From Mollicutes bacterium (GTDB lineage Bacteria; Bacillota_I; Bacilli_A; Izemoplasmatales; Izemoplasmataceae): DNA of 64,000 bases. The translations under genes and the position numbers were made by a program. The notes under the pieces are model-generated. The model did not search any database. It saw only the letters and a program-made list of their open reading frames with translations, and was not told the origin of the DNA. Shown here one piece after another: positions 28,873 to 36,940 of this stretch (the stretch's first letter is position 1; each line of letters begins with the position of its first letter). The stretch is taken from the NCBI GenBank assembly GCA_003553945.1, contig PWEL01000039.1:2571-66570 (forward strand), read 5' to 3'.

Positions 28873-28892
28873 AAAAAAAAGGAGTGATGAGG

Positions 28893-31133
28893 GTGAAACG
28901 TCTAGTCGCATTGTTCTTGATGGCTTTCAGTCTGTTTTTCCTGAGCGGATGTGATCTTTTCGGTGATGAGGACCCGGAGGTCACCGATGTAGAGATCACA
29001 CTTGCTAGCGATGTTGAAGCGGCGGATCTTACAGTGGATCCCCACACCATCGTGCCGGAGGGAACGCAGGTCACGGTGAGTGCGTCCGCGGTCTCCGGTT
29101 ATGCGTTCCTTCACTGGTATGATGTCGACCTCGGCGCGGTTGCGAGCGAGGATTCGACCTACACTTTTGATGCCGACACCGACTTTACGCTCGAGGCGGT
29201 CTATGAGGAGACGGCAACCGCGACGATCCTAGTTGAGAGCGCGCATCCCGATGCCATTCTCACAGCCGATCCAGAGACGCTTCCGATCGGCGAGACAACC
29301 CTAGTCACCGCTTCACAGATCGAAGGCTACATCTTCGAAGGATGGATGGACACCGGGACGGCACAGATCCTATCCGATGAGATGAGCTATTCGTTTGTAG
29401 CGGAAGGCGATCTGACGCTTGAAGCGCTTTACGCGCAGGCACCGCCCGACACCTCCGACATCCTTGATGATTTCATCGGCGACCTCTCCCACCTGGATTC
29501 CGTCATGGCGCATTACGAAAACAGCGATGCAGTGACGAGCGAGATGACATTCTTCGTGGAGGAGGCGTTCAACGGCGGAAGTGAAGGCGTGACGCTTCAC
29601 ATGCGTCAGGCCGTGTTCACGGACCCCCACCCCATGACAGACACCCTGATAGAGATCGAGACGCCGGATGAGGATATGCGGATGCGACTCATCGTCGTCT
29701 CCGAGAGCGCAAGCATGACCTTGCATCAGGTCTATCTCGACATCGGCATGTTTTTGGACATCGCGGAGGAAGAGGACGACATATCCTTCCGGGAACTATT
29801 CGCTCTCGAGAGCGACTTCGTGCACCTCACTGTCCCGGATATCTTCCTCGATGAGATGTGGGATATGTTCATGGATGAAGTCGCTGACGACCTCGAAGAG
29901 GATGGCTTCGCCCCGGATGAACTTAAGAACATGCTGGAAGGTCTTGCGGACATCATGGATAAATACCTCGACCTCGACTATTACAACGCCCTCGATGGCC
30001 TTGATGTGGAAGCCTACGAAGAGAACGGCGAGATTGTGACCGTGATGACAATGGATTCGGATTTGATCAGCACGATGCACGAGGATATCACCGAAGATCT
30101 CTATAAGACCATCGCCCTCTTCGATACCGAGATGAAACCTTATGAGGAATTCATCGAGGATGAGGAATACCTGCAGATGCAAGCGATGATCGAGACCATA
30201 GAACCCTTCGAGGTCGCGATGATCTATGATCCTCACGCGCAAAGCATGCGCATGAATCTGAACATCATCGACCTCCTCGGACAGTTCGCCGAGGAAGGCG
30301 ACCTTGATGGGATGACCATGGAGTTCTCCGTTGCCGTCACGCCCGAAGGGGAGGCTCCCGATACCTCCGATGCCGAGTCCATCGAACGCATCGCTTCTGA
30401 AATTTTCCAGATGCTTATGATAGTGCAGTCCCATCATTTCGCCGAGCGCGTCCATGAAAGCACGCTTCCCACAGACACCTACACACTCCAGGCGCTCGCC
30501 GAGGAAGGGTACCATTTCGACATGCCGATTCTCGACCTTGATTTGAGCGAGATCGTCATCGACGACGATCCAGGAGAGTTCATGCTTGAATTCCATTATT
30601 CAAACAATGAAGAGGCGGTCTTTATCGATCCCATCTCGCTTGAGGTGCTGCAGGACCTTGAACCCGACAGCGACGACGTGCCCACGCGTGAAGAGTTCCT
30701 GGACATGATCGCTTATGTCGATGAGGGCAATATCGAACTTCAGTCCATGCTCTTTGAGGTCATAGGCGTGTTGCTTGCGGAGATGGAACCACCCGAGCCC
30801 ATAGGACCGATTATCCCCGAAGAGGACATCGAAGGTTCCGAGGACTATTACGGCGTGGACCGTTATCCGGGGTCCGTCATCGTGCATTATCACGAAAGCG
30901 ATACGGCCATCGACATTCAATACGAAGCGGAAACGACCGTGGAATCCGTTTATGAATTCTATATGAACTTTTTCGAGGAAAGCCCGTTTGACATCCTCGA
31001 AGTTTCCGAAGACCAATGGATCACGGCAATCGATGACTCGGTGTTTGTCGCTGTCGATGTATACAGTTTTGTCGACGTGGTGACCATCTACATCTATATC
31101 GAAGAAGGGGATGATGGGGAACCCTTGGTTTGA
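28893..31133 (+). CDS. Hyper-acidic lipoprotein A (2 InlB-B-repeat-like domains + acidic central region + C-terminal ~105-aa module)
   Basis: Signal peptide with lipobox FLSGC. GTG 28893 lies 8 nt after GGAG. GYAFLHW / GYIFEGW repeats. Very high Asp/Glu content. Confidence 0.8.
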   Translation: MKRLVALFLMAFSLFFLSGCDLFGDEDPEVTDVEITLASDVEAADLTVDPHTIVPEGTQVTVSASAVSGYAFLHWYDVDLGAVASEDSTYTFDADTDFTLEAVYEETATATILVESAHPDAILTADPETLPIGETTLVTASQIEGYIFEGWMDTGTAQILSDEMSYSFVAEGDLTLEALYAQAPPDTSDILDDFIGDLSHLDSVMAHYENSDAVTSEMTFFVEEAFNGGSEGVTLHMRQAVFTDPHPMTDTLIEIETPDEDMRMRLIVVSESASMTLHQVYLDIGMFLDIAEEEDDISFRELFALESDFVHLTVPDIFLDEMWDMFMDEVADDLEEDGFAPDELKNMLEGLADIMDKYLDLDYYNALDGLDVEAYEENGEIVTVMTMDSDLISTMHEDITEDLYKTIALFDTEMKPYEEFIEDEEYLQMQAMIETIEPFEVAMIYDPHAQSMRMNLNIIDLLGQFAEEGDLDGMTMEFSVAVTPEGEAPDTSDAESIERIASEIFQMLMIVQSHHFAERVHESTLPTDTYTLQALAEEGYHFDMPILDLDLSEIVIDDDPGEFMLEFHYSNNEEAVFIDPISLEVLQDLEPDSDDVPTREEFLDMIAYVDEGNIELQSMLFEVIGVLLAEMEPPEPIGPIIPEEDIEGSEDYYGVDRYPGSVIVHYHESDTAIDIQYEAETTVESVYEFYMNFFEESPFDILEVSEDQWITAIDDSVFVAVDVYSFVDVVTIYIYIEEGDDGEPLV

Positions 31134-31323
31134 GAGGCTGCTCAAGAACAGGGACTGTACCTCTTTTCATCGCGGCATAATGAGCGATGCGGCATGCAGG
31201 GTCTTTCTTGACGTCAATTTACTATAAAGGAGGCGTTTTCCCGTGCTTTTCAGGGTGGTCCGCACCCCGTTTCGTGTGGGAAGGAGCGCTTCCTGGCAAC
31301 AAAATGCCTAACCTTTGAATTTC

Positions 31324-31351
31324 AAATCGATTATGATAAAATACATGTAAA
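31324..31351 (+). promoter_or_regulatory. Putative extended -10 promoter of lipoprotein gene B
   Basis: TTGAAT (31324-31329), a 16-nt spacer ending in TGA, then TAAAAT (31346-31351). Confidence 0.45.
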
Positions 31352-31381
31352 GGAAGGGCGCTTGAGCCCGACCAACAGAGA

Positions 31382-31424
31382 CTCTGCCCCATGAGCGCCC
31401 CGTGCGTGCTGTGGCCAGAGTTTT
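31382..31424 (+). promoter_or_regulatory. Terminator-like hairpin + T-run in the leader of lipoprotein gene B
   Basis: CTCTGCC (31382-31388) pairs with GGCCAGAG (31413-31420, one bulge), followed by TTTT, an A-run and the same RBS context as gene A. Confidence 0.3.
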
Positions 31425-31447
31425 ATAAAAAAAGGAGTGATGAGAGA

Positions 31448-33694
31448 ATGAAGCGCCTAACCGCCGTTTTCGCGCTTGCATTCGCAATGTTCTTTTTCGC
31501 AGCATGCGAACCGGATGAAGCCCCCGATCCGGAACCGGAAGAAGTCGACATCACGCTTGAGAGCGATGTCGATGAGGCGGATCTTACAGTGGATCCCGAC
31601 ACGAGTGTGGAAGAAGGGACAGAAGTGACAGTGACAGCGTCCGAAGTTGAAGGGTATGAGTTCCTTCATTGGTATGACGAGGAACTCGGCGCCACGGTAT
31701 CCGAAGAACGCTCGTATACGTTTGACGCCGATGTCGATCTTACGCTCGAGGCTGTTTATGAAGAGCTCGAGACAGCCACGATCGACCTAACGAGCGAGCA
31801 TGAGGATGCCGATCTGACAGCGGACCCCGAAGCGCCCGTGCTCGGCGAGGATGTCGTCGTCAGCGCTTCTGAGATCGCAGGGTACGACTTCGAAGGCTGG
31901 CTGGACACCGAGACCGATGAGATCGTCTCCGAGGAGCGCACCTATACGTTCGAAGCACAGGAGGACGTGACGCTCGAAGCGCTCTATGCCGAGACAGTCC
32001 CCGACACGGCGGATGAGATGCTTGAAGCGTTCGAAGGCGACCTCTCGCATCTTGAACCCGTCATCGATGAGTACGAGGAGAGCGAAGCGGTGACCACGGA
32101 GATGACAATGCACCTTGAGGAAGAAGTGGACGGTGAGACCGAGGCCGTCACCCTCCACAAAGAACAGGCCGTGTTCACGTATCCGGAACAGATGGTGGAC
32201 ACATCCATTGAAATCCTGACGCCGGAGGAGGACCTTGACTTCCGCATCGTCGTTCAGGAGACAGGTGAGCTGTATCAGGTATTCATCGACGCCGGAATGT
32301 TTTTGGACATGATCGAGGAAGAAGAGGACATGGACCTGAGAGAACCGCTCGACATTGATAGCGACTTTGTTCAGTTCACCATCCCCGAAGCCTTTATCGA
32401 TGATGGCTGGGACATGTTCCTGAGTGAATTCGCGGATGATTTCGACGAGGACCTCGACCCTGAAGACATCGAAGCCATGCTAGAAGACCTGGAGGAGATG
32501 GAGAAATACTTCGAGCTCGGCTATTACAGCGCCCTCGACGCCCTTGAAGTGGGTGCTCACGAAGAGAACGGCAAGGTCGTCACCGAGATGACCATGACGT
32601 CCGAGGTCATCACTGCCGTATTCGAGGACATGTTCGAGGATTTCTATACAGCCATGGCCCCCCTCGATGAGGAGATGCCGCCTTATGAGGATTTCGTCGA
32701 GGAGGATGAATATCAGGAGCTGCTCGATTTCATCGACACCATGGAAACGTTCGATGTCGCCATGAGCTATGACCCGGACACGCAAGGCATGAGCATGGAC
32801 CTCGACATCCTCGGTCTGCTTGAACAGTTCGATGAAGAAGGAGATCTCGATGACATGGTTGCGATGGAGTTCTCCTATTCCATCACACCTGATGCGGACA
32901 TGCCGGACATCGAGGATGCGGAATCCGTCGAACGCATCGCCGAGGAAGTCCTTCAGCTGATTGTGATGGTCGAATCGCATCAGTTCGCTGAAGGCGTTCA
33001 TGACAGCGATATCGACGCCGGCACCTACACGCTCGAGGACCTTGCGCAGGAAGGCCTTGTCTTTGAGTTCCCCCTCGTGGATTTCGAGACGAGTGAAGTG
33101 ACGGTCGATGACAACCCTGAAGGATTGATCCTCGAATTCTATTATTCCAGCAACCAGGAGTCCGTCTTCCACGCACCGATCACGCTTGACGTCCTGCGTG
33201 AGATTGACCCCGGCAGGGAAGAAATGCCGACACGCGACGAGTTCCTCGATATCATAGACCCCGTCGATGAAGAGAACATCGAATTGCAGCTCAAGCTCTT
33301 CGAAATCATTGAACTGATTTTCGAGGAGATGGAGGAAGATGTCATCGAGCTGCCCGAGGAGGACCTTGAAGGGGAGGACCATGAAGCCCTGGAGAGGTAT
33401 CACGGCTCAGTGATCGTCTATTATGAGGACCATGCGGACTACACGGTCATCAGCTATCTGGCCGAGACAAGCAAGCAATCCGCCTTTGAATATTTTGAAG
33501 CCCAACTGCAGGAAGGCCCCATGGAAATCATCCATGCCGAGCCTTACGATGCGATTGTCGCGGAGGGCGATCCGTACTTCTTCGACATAGAGTTTAGACA
33601 GGAATATGAAGGCATCATCGCGATTGATGTCTTCATCGATGAAGAGACTGATGACAATGGCGCCGATATGCCGGAAGAAGATGTGACGGGCTAA
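31448..33694 (+). CDS. Hyper-acidic lipoprotein B (paralogue of A), terminated by TAA inside its second C-terminal module
   Basis: Signal peptide MKRLTAVFALAFAMFFFAAC. Same domain order as A, with GYEFLHW / GYDFEGW repeats. ATG 31448 shares the upstream AAAAAAAGGAGTGATGAG context with A. Confidence 0.8.
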   Translation: MKRLTAVFALAFAMFFFAACEPDEAPDPEPEEVDITLESDVDEADLTVDPDTSVEEGTEVTVTASEVEGYEFLHWYDEELGATVSEERSYTFDADVDLTLEAVYEELETATIDLTSEHEDADLTADPEAPVLGEDVVVSASEIAGYDFEGWLDTETDEIVSEERTYTFEAQEDVTLEALYAETVPDTADEMLEAFEGDLSHLEPVIDEYEESEAVTTEMTMHLEEEVDGETEAVTLHKEQAVFTYPEQMVDTSIEILTPEEDLDFRIVVQETGELYQVFIDAGMFLDMIEEEEDMDLREPLDIDSDFVQFTIPEAFIDDGWDMFLSEFADDFDEDLDPEDIEAMLEDLEEMEKYFELGYYSALDALEVGAHEENGKVVTEMTMTSEVITAVFEDMFEDFYTAMAPLDEEMPPYEDFVEEDEYQELLDFIDTMETFDVAMSYDPDTQGMSMDLDILGLLEQFDEEGDLDDMVAMEFSYSITPDADMPDIEDAESVERIAEEVLQLIVMVESHQFAEGVHDSDIDAGTYTLEDLAQEGLVFEFPLVDFETSEVTVDDNPEGLILEFYYSSNQESVFHAPITLDVLREIDPGREEMPTRDEFLDIIDPVDEENIELQLKLFEIIELIFEEMEEDVIELPEEDLEGEDHEALERYHGSVIVYYEDHADYTVISYLAETSKQSAFEYFEAQLQEGPMEIIHAEPYDAIVAEGDPYFFDIEFRQEYEGIIAIDVFIDEETDDNGADMPEEDVTG

Positions 33695-34330
33695 GATCAT
33701 GACGCCCTGGAGCGTTATCCCGACTCTGTCATTGTCGAGTATGAGCAGTATGAGGAGTATCATGAAGGTGCTTTGCAAGAGGTCACCGAAATCGTCTATC
33801 TGGCGGAGTCAAGTTTTGAATCGGCTTATGGACACTTCGAGGGATTCTTTGGACAGGAAGACCATATAGACATCGATGATTATGAAAAATACCAGTGGAT
33901 CGCAGCTTTCGGCGAGCCGTACTACTTTGAGATTGACTTTCATGAGGTGGATGACGATATAATCGCGATCTCCGCGGTCATAGTGGAAGACCTCGGCGTG
34001 CCTGAAGAAGATGTCGAAGGCGAGGATCACGATGCCGTGGAACGCTATCCCGACTCTGTGATAGTCGACTATGTTGAATCCGAAGAGACCTATAACGGCG
34101 TTACAGTGGAAATCTTCGAAATCGTCTACTTAGCGGAGACAACCCCTGAATCAGCCTTTGATCACTTCTGGGACTTCTTCGAACAAGACGATTCCCTGGA
34201 CATTGATGATTACAGCGAGAATGAAGTGATCGAGGCCAGCGACAATGACGGTATCGACATCGCTATTCACCTTCAGGAAGAAGAAGGCGTACTTTCCATT
34301 TCCGTCTATATCGCAGAACCAGATTTATAA
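33695..34330 (+). pseudogene. In-frame continuation of lipoprotein B: most of C-terminal module 2 plus module 3, cut off by the TAA at 33692-33694
   Basis: Same reading frame as 31448-33694 with no further stop until 34328-34330. Encodes DHDALERYPDSVIVEY... and PEEDVEGEDHDAVERYPDSVIVDY..., clear repeats of the module at 33353-33670. Confidence 0.6.
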
Positions 34331-34360
34331 TCACATAAACACTGCTTGATGTTAGATGTT

Positions 34361-34412
34361 CCCCTTGAAGTGGACACTGCAACTTGGCAGAACCCACTTC
34401 AAGGGGGTTTTT
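34361..34412 (+). terminator. Strong intrinsic terminator after the lipoprotein B region
   Basis: 13-bp stem CCCCTTGAAGTGG / CCACTTCAAGGGG followed by GTTTTT. Confidence 0.8.
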
Positions 34413-34591
34413 ATGGAAAAACATCAAAGACGCGCAGGAATATGTGTGACAGAATAAGCTTACCATTTCACAGAGCCGGGAATGTCATGATAGGATGCAC
34501 AGAGAGTTGAGGTTACGACGAGAAAACTTGGAATTTCTTACAACAAAATGCTTACGTTTATTGTTCCAAGGGTGAAAAGGAGGAATGAATC

Positions 34592-35203
34592 ATGAAAAAA
34601 CTAGCAGTACTATTCCTGCTGCCCGTTTTCGCTCTTTTCTTCGCGGGCTGTGAGATAATCGAAGAAGAGATTGAACGCGCAGAGTCGATCGAGCTTGAGG
34701 ACTACGGCGTGGATGTGGCCAATCAGGATGTCTACCTCAAGATCACGAGCGACGCTGATGAACAGATCATCGAGGAGGTCGAGGTCAACGATGAACTTTA
34801 CGAGCTTGAAAATGTAGGCGACGATTGGTATCTCCTCGACGAGGTTCCAATCGCTGAGAGCTATGAAATCGATGACCTACATTACCGTACTGCCGTAGGC
34901 GCAGGTCTTACCTTCTCGATCGATTATGAAATCACCATCGATGAAGCCATTGATCGCGCCCCCGAAGAGTATTTCGAGACCCTGGAGGGGACACTGGAAA
35001 AGGATGGCTATACGTTCACTGAATCCGAAGAGGACCTTGTGGATATTGAAAGCGATGCAGCGTTCGACGTCATTGAACTCGAGACGTGGGCATGGCTGAT
35101 TACGGAGGATGAAGAGAAACCTCTTTTCGGTATCATCGAACACGAGGATACCGTCTATATCTTCGAGGCTCCCGAGGATGAAATCGAAGACTATATCAAG
35201 TGA
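34592..35203 (+). CDS. Small hyper-acidic lipoprotein C
   Basis: RBS AAAGGAGG. Signal peptide MKKLAVLFLLPVFALFFAGC (lipobox). The mature part is rich in Asp/Glu. Confidence 0.75.
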   Translation: MKKLAVLFLLPVFALFFAGCEIIEEEIERAESIELEDYGVDVANQDVYLKITSDADEQIIEEVEVNDELYELENVGDDWYLLDEVPIAESYEIDDLHYRTAVGAGLTFSIDYEITIDEAIDRAPEEYFETLEGTLEKDGYTFTESEEDLVDIESDAAFDVIELETWAWLITEDEEKPLFGIIEHEDTVYIFEAPEDEIEDYIK

Positions 35204-35218
35204 TGATTGATATTGCGT

Positions 35219-35265
35219 AAAAAAGCACTCTGGACGCGTTTCAATTTGCATCCAGAGTGCTTTTT
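35219..35265. terminator. Bidirectional intrinsic terminator between convergent genes
   Basis: Stem GCACTCTGGA (35225-35234) / TCCAGAGTGC (35251-35260), flanked by A6 and T5. Confidence 0.75.
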
Positions 35266-35283
35266 CTATGGGAGACTCTCCCG

Positions 35284-35778
35284 TCAGTATATCTCCTTGT
35301 CCATCGCATCGTATTCTTTAAAGAGTTTCAGGCATTCCTCGCGGTATTTTTCATCGAGTTTAAGGATGTTCGTGTCCGAGAGGTCGTTGCGGATGAATTC
35401 ATAGATGAAGTCATCCCTGAATCCGATGCTGTCGGCGTCTTCGGGTCGGCATCCGTAGATGATGTTCTTGATGTTCGCCCAGATGGTCGCCCCGAGGCAC
35501 ATCGGGCACGGATGCGCCGTAGTATAGATTGTGCAGCCCGTCAAGTCGTGGGAGCCGATCTTTTTGGAAGCGGCGCGGATGGCGTTGATCTCCGCGTGTG
35601 CACTGGCGTCGTGGTCGCTCAGGACGGTATTGGAGGCGACTGAGAGAATATTGCCCTCCGCATCGATGACTGCGGCGCCGAAGGGGCCTCCTTTGTCTTC
35701 ATTCATCGTCTTTCGTGCGCGTTCGATCGCTTTGAGCATGATGTCGCGGTCAGAATCGATGGTGATCACTCCTTTCAA
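35284..35778 (-). CDS. CDA-fold nucleoside/nucleobase deaminase, guanine-deaminase-like
   Basis: HAEINAIR...PCPMCLGA zinc motif and size resemble Bacillus-type GuaD. The start is uncertain: TTG 35778 sits only ~9 nt downstream of a TATAAT box (35793-35788), and an alternative ATG at 35739 lacks an RBS. Confidence 0.75.
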   Translation of the reverse strand: MKGVITIDSDRDIMLKAIERARKTMNEDKGGPFGAAVIDAEGNILSVASNTVLSDHDASAHAEINAIRAASKKIGSHDLTGCTIYTTAHPCPMCLGATIWANIKNIIYGCRPEDADSIGFRDDFIYEFIRNDLSDTNILKLDEKYREECLKLFKEYDAMDKEIY

Positions 35779-35869
35779 TGTGCTTTAATTATATAGGTAA
35801 AGTGCGGACGGGACAAGTGGTGAAAAGGGGTTGGCGTTCTGGTATAATAAAGCCGGAAGGAGGCATGAC

Positions 35870-36424
35870 ATGCAAGGGACGATTGATTTTGTACACACGA
35901 TGCTCGCCGGGGTGGTCACAGAAAGCGACCTCGTCGTCGATGCGACGGCGGGCAACGGCAAGGACACGGTGTTCATGGCCTCGCGCGCGGAGCATGTCTT
36001 CGCCTTCGACATCCAGAAGACCGCTTTGAAGCGTACAGAGGCGCGCCTTTTTGAAGCGGGGCTCGACAATGTGACGCTGATACATGACTCCCACGTCAAC
36101 ATCCCGCTGCATCTCAACCATCCGATCAAGGCCGCGGTCTTCAACCTGGGCTATCTGCCCGGCGGCGACAAGAACGTCACGACACATGCAAAGAGCACGG
36201 TGACGGCGCTCGAGGGGGTCCTGAGCCTCCTCGTGACAGGCGGCGTCATCGCCTTCACGGCCTATCCCGGCCATGCAGAGGGGAAGCGGGAGGCCGAGGC
36301 GCTCGAGCGCCATGTCGCAGGCCTCTCGTCGCGGACTTTCGAGACGCTTCTCTACCGGAGTCTGAATAAAACGAATGCCCCGTATGCCATCATCGTCAAG
36401 CGCAAGCAGGCGGATGAAGACTGA
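35870..36424 (+). CDS. SAM-dependent methyltransferase of the YtqB/MnmM (putative rRNA-methylase) family
   Basis: VVDATAGNGKDT SAM-binding motif. RBS GGAGG precedes ATG 35870. An extended -10 (TGGTATAAT, 35840-35848) lies upstream. Confidence 0.7.
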   Translation: MQGTIDFVHTMLAGVVTESDLVVDATAGNGKDTVFMASRAEHVFAFDIQKTALKRTEARLFEAGLDNVTLIHDSHVNIPLHLNHPIKAAVFNLGYLPGGDKNVTTHAKSTVTALEGVLSLLVTGGVIAFTAYPGHAEGKREAEALERHVAGLSSRTFETLLYRSLNKTNAPYAIIVKRKQADED

Positions 36425-36482
36425 GCGTCCATAGAGCGCCTTCCGCTTTGACATGATATCATGAAACAAAGGAGGGAGCACA

Positions 36483-36911
36483 ATGAAGCATAAATACAGA
36501 GAAGCCATCAAGCGGCTTACGCCCTTGCAATATGATGTGACGCAGAACGGCGCGACGGAGACGCCCTTTGAAAATCCCTATCACGACAACAGGGAGGAAG
36601 GCATCTATGTGGACGTCGTGAGCGGCGAGGTGCTTTTCACCACCAACGAACAATACGACGCCGGATGCGGCTGGCCGTCCTTCACCAAGCCGGTCCGATC
36701 CCTCGATACCGAAGAGGACACCTCGCACGGCATGCGAAGGGTCGAGATCAAGAGCCCCGAGGCGCAGTCACATCTCGGCCATGTATTCCCCGATGGCCCG
36801 GCGGAATCGGGCGGTCTCCGCTATTGCGTGAATTCCGCGTCGCTCCGTTTCATCCGGAAGGACAGGCTGGAAGAAGAGGGCTACGGGGAGTATCTTTCAT
36901 ATTTTGAATAG
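36483..36911 (+). CDS. msrB: Peptide-methionine (R)-S-oxide reductase
   Basis: GCGWPSF and RYCVNSASL catalytic motifs. RBS AAAGGAGGG. Confidence 0.9.
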   Translation: MKHKYREAIKRLTPLQYDVTQNGATETPFENPYHDNREEGIYVDVVSGEVLFTTNEQYDAGCGWPSFTKPVRSLDTEEDTSHGMRRVEIKSPEAQSHLGHVFPDGPAESGGLRYCVNSASLRFIRKDRLEEEGYGEYLSYFE

Positions 36912-36912
36912 G

Positions 36913-36940
36913 AAGAAGCCGCGCTGTGCGCGGCTTTTTT
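36913..36940. terminator. Bidirectional terminator between msrB and the convergent kinase gene
   Basis: Stem GCCGCGC / GCGCGGC with a TGT loop, then T6. Overlaps the stop of the minus-strand gene. Confidence 0.7.

Noticed and set aside
31243-31311. A 22-codon ORF (GTG start, AAGGAGG 8 nt upstream) in the spacer between lipoprotein genes A and B.
   Set aside because: The peptide is Arg-rich and unremarkable. There is no convincing promoter (TTGACG and TATAAA are only 9 nt apart) and no conservation evidence. It is probably fortuitous.
33692-33694. The in-frame TAA in lipoprotein B as evidence of an alternative genetic code or programmed read-through.
   Set aside because: TAA, TGA and TAG all terminate well-supported genes in this window at the expected family lengths (e.g. 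TAA at 1208-1210 and 3553-3555, TGA at 8724-8726). No recoding signal is recognisable. A simple nonsense mutation or variant is more parsimonious.
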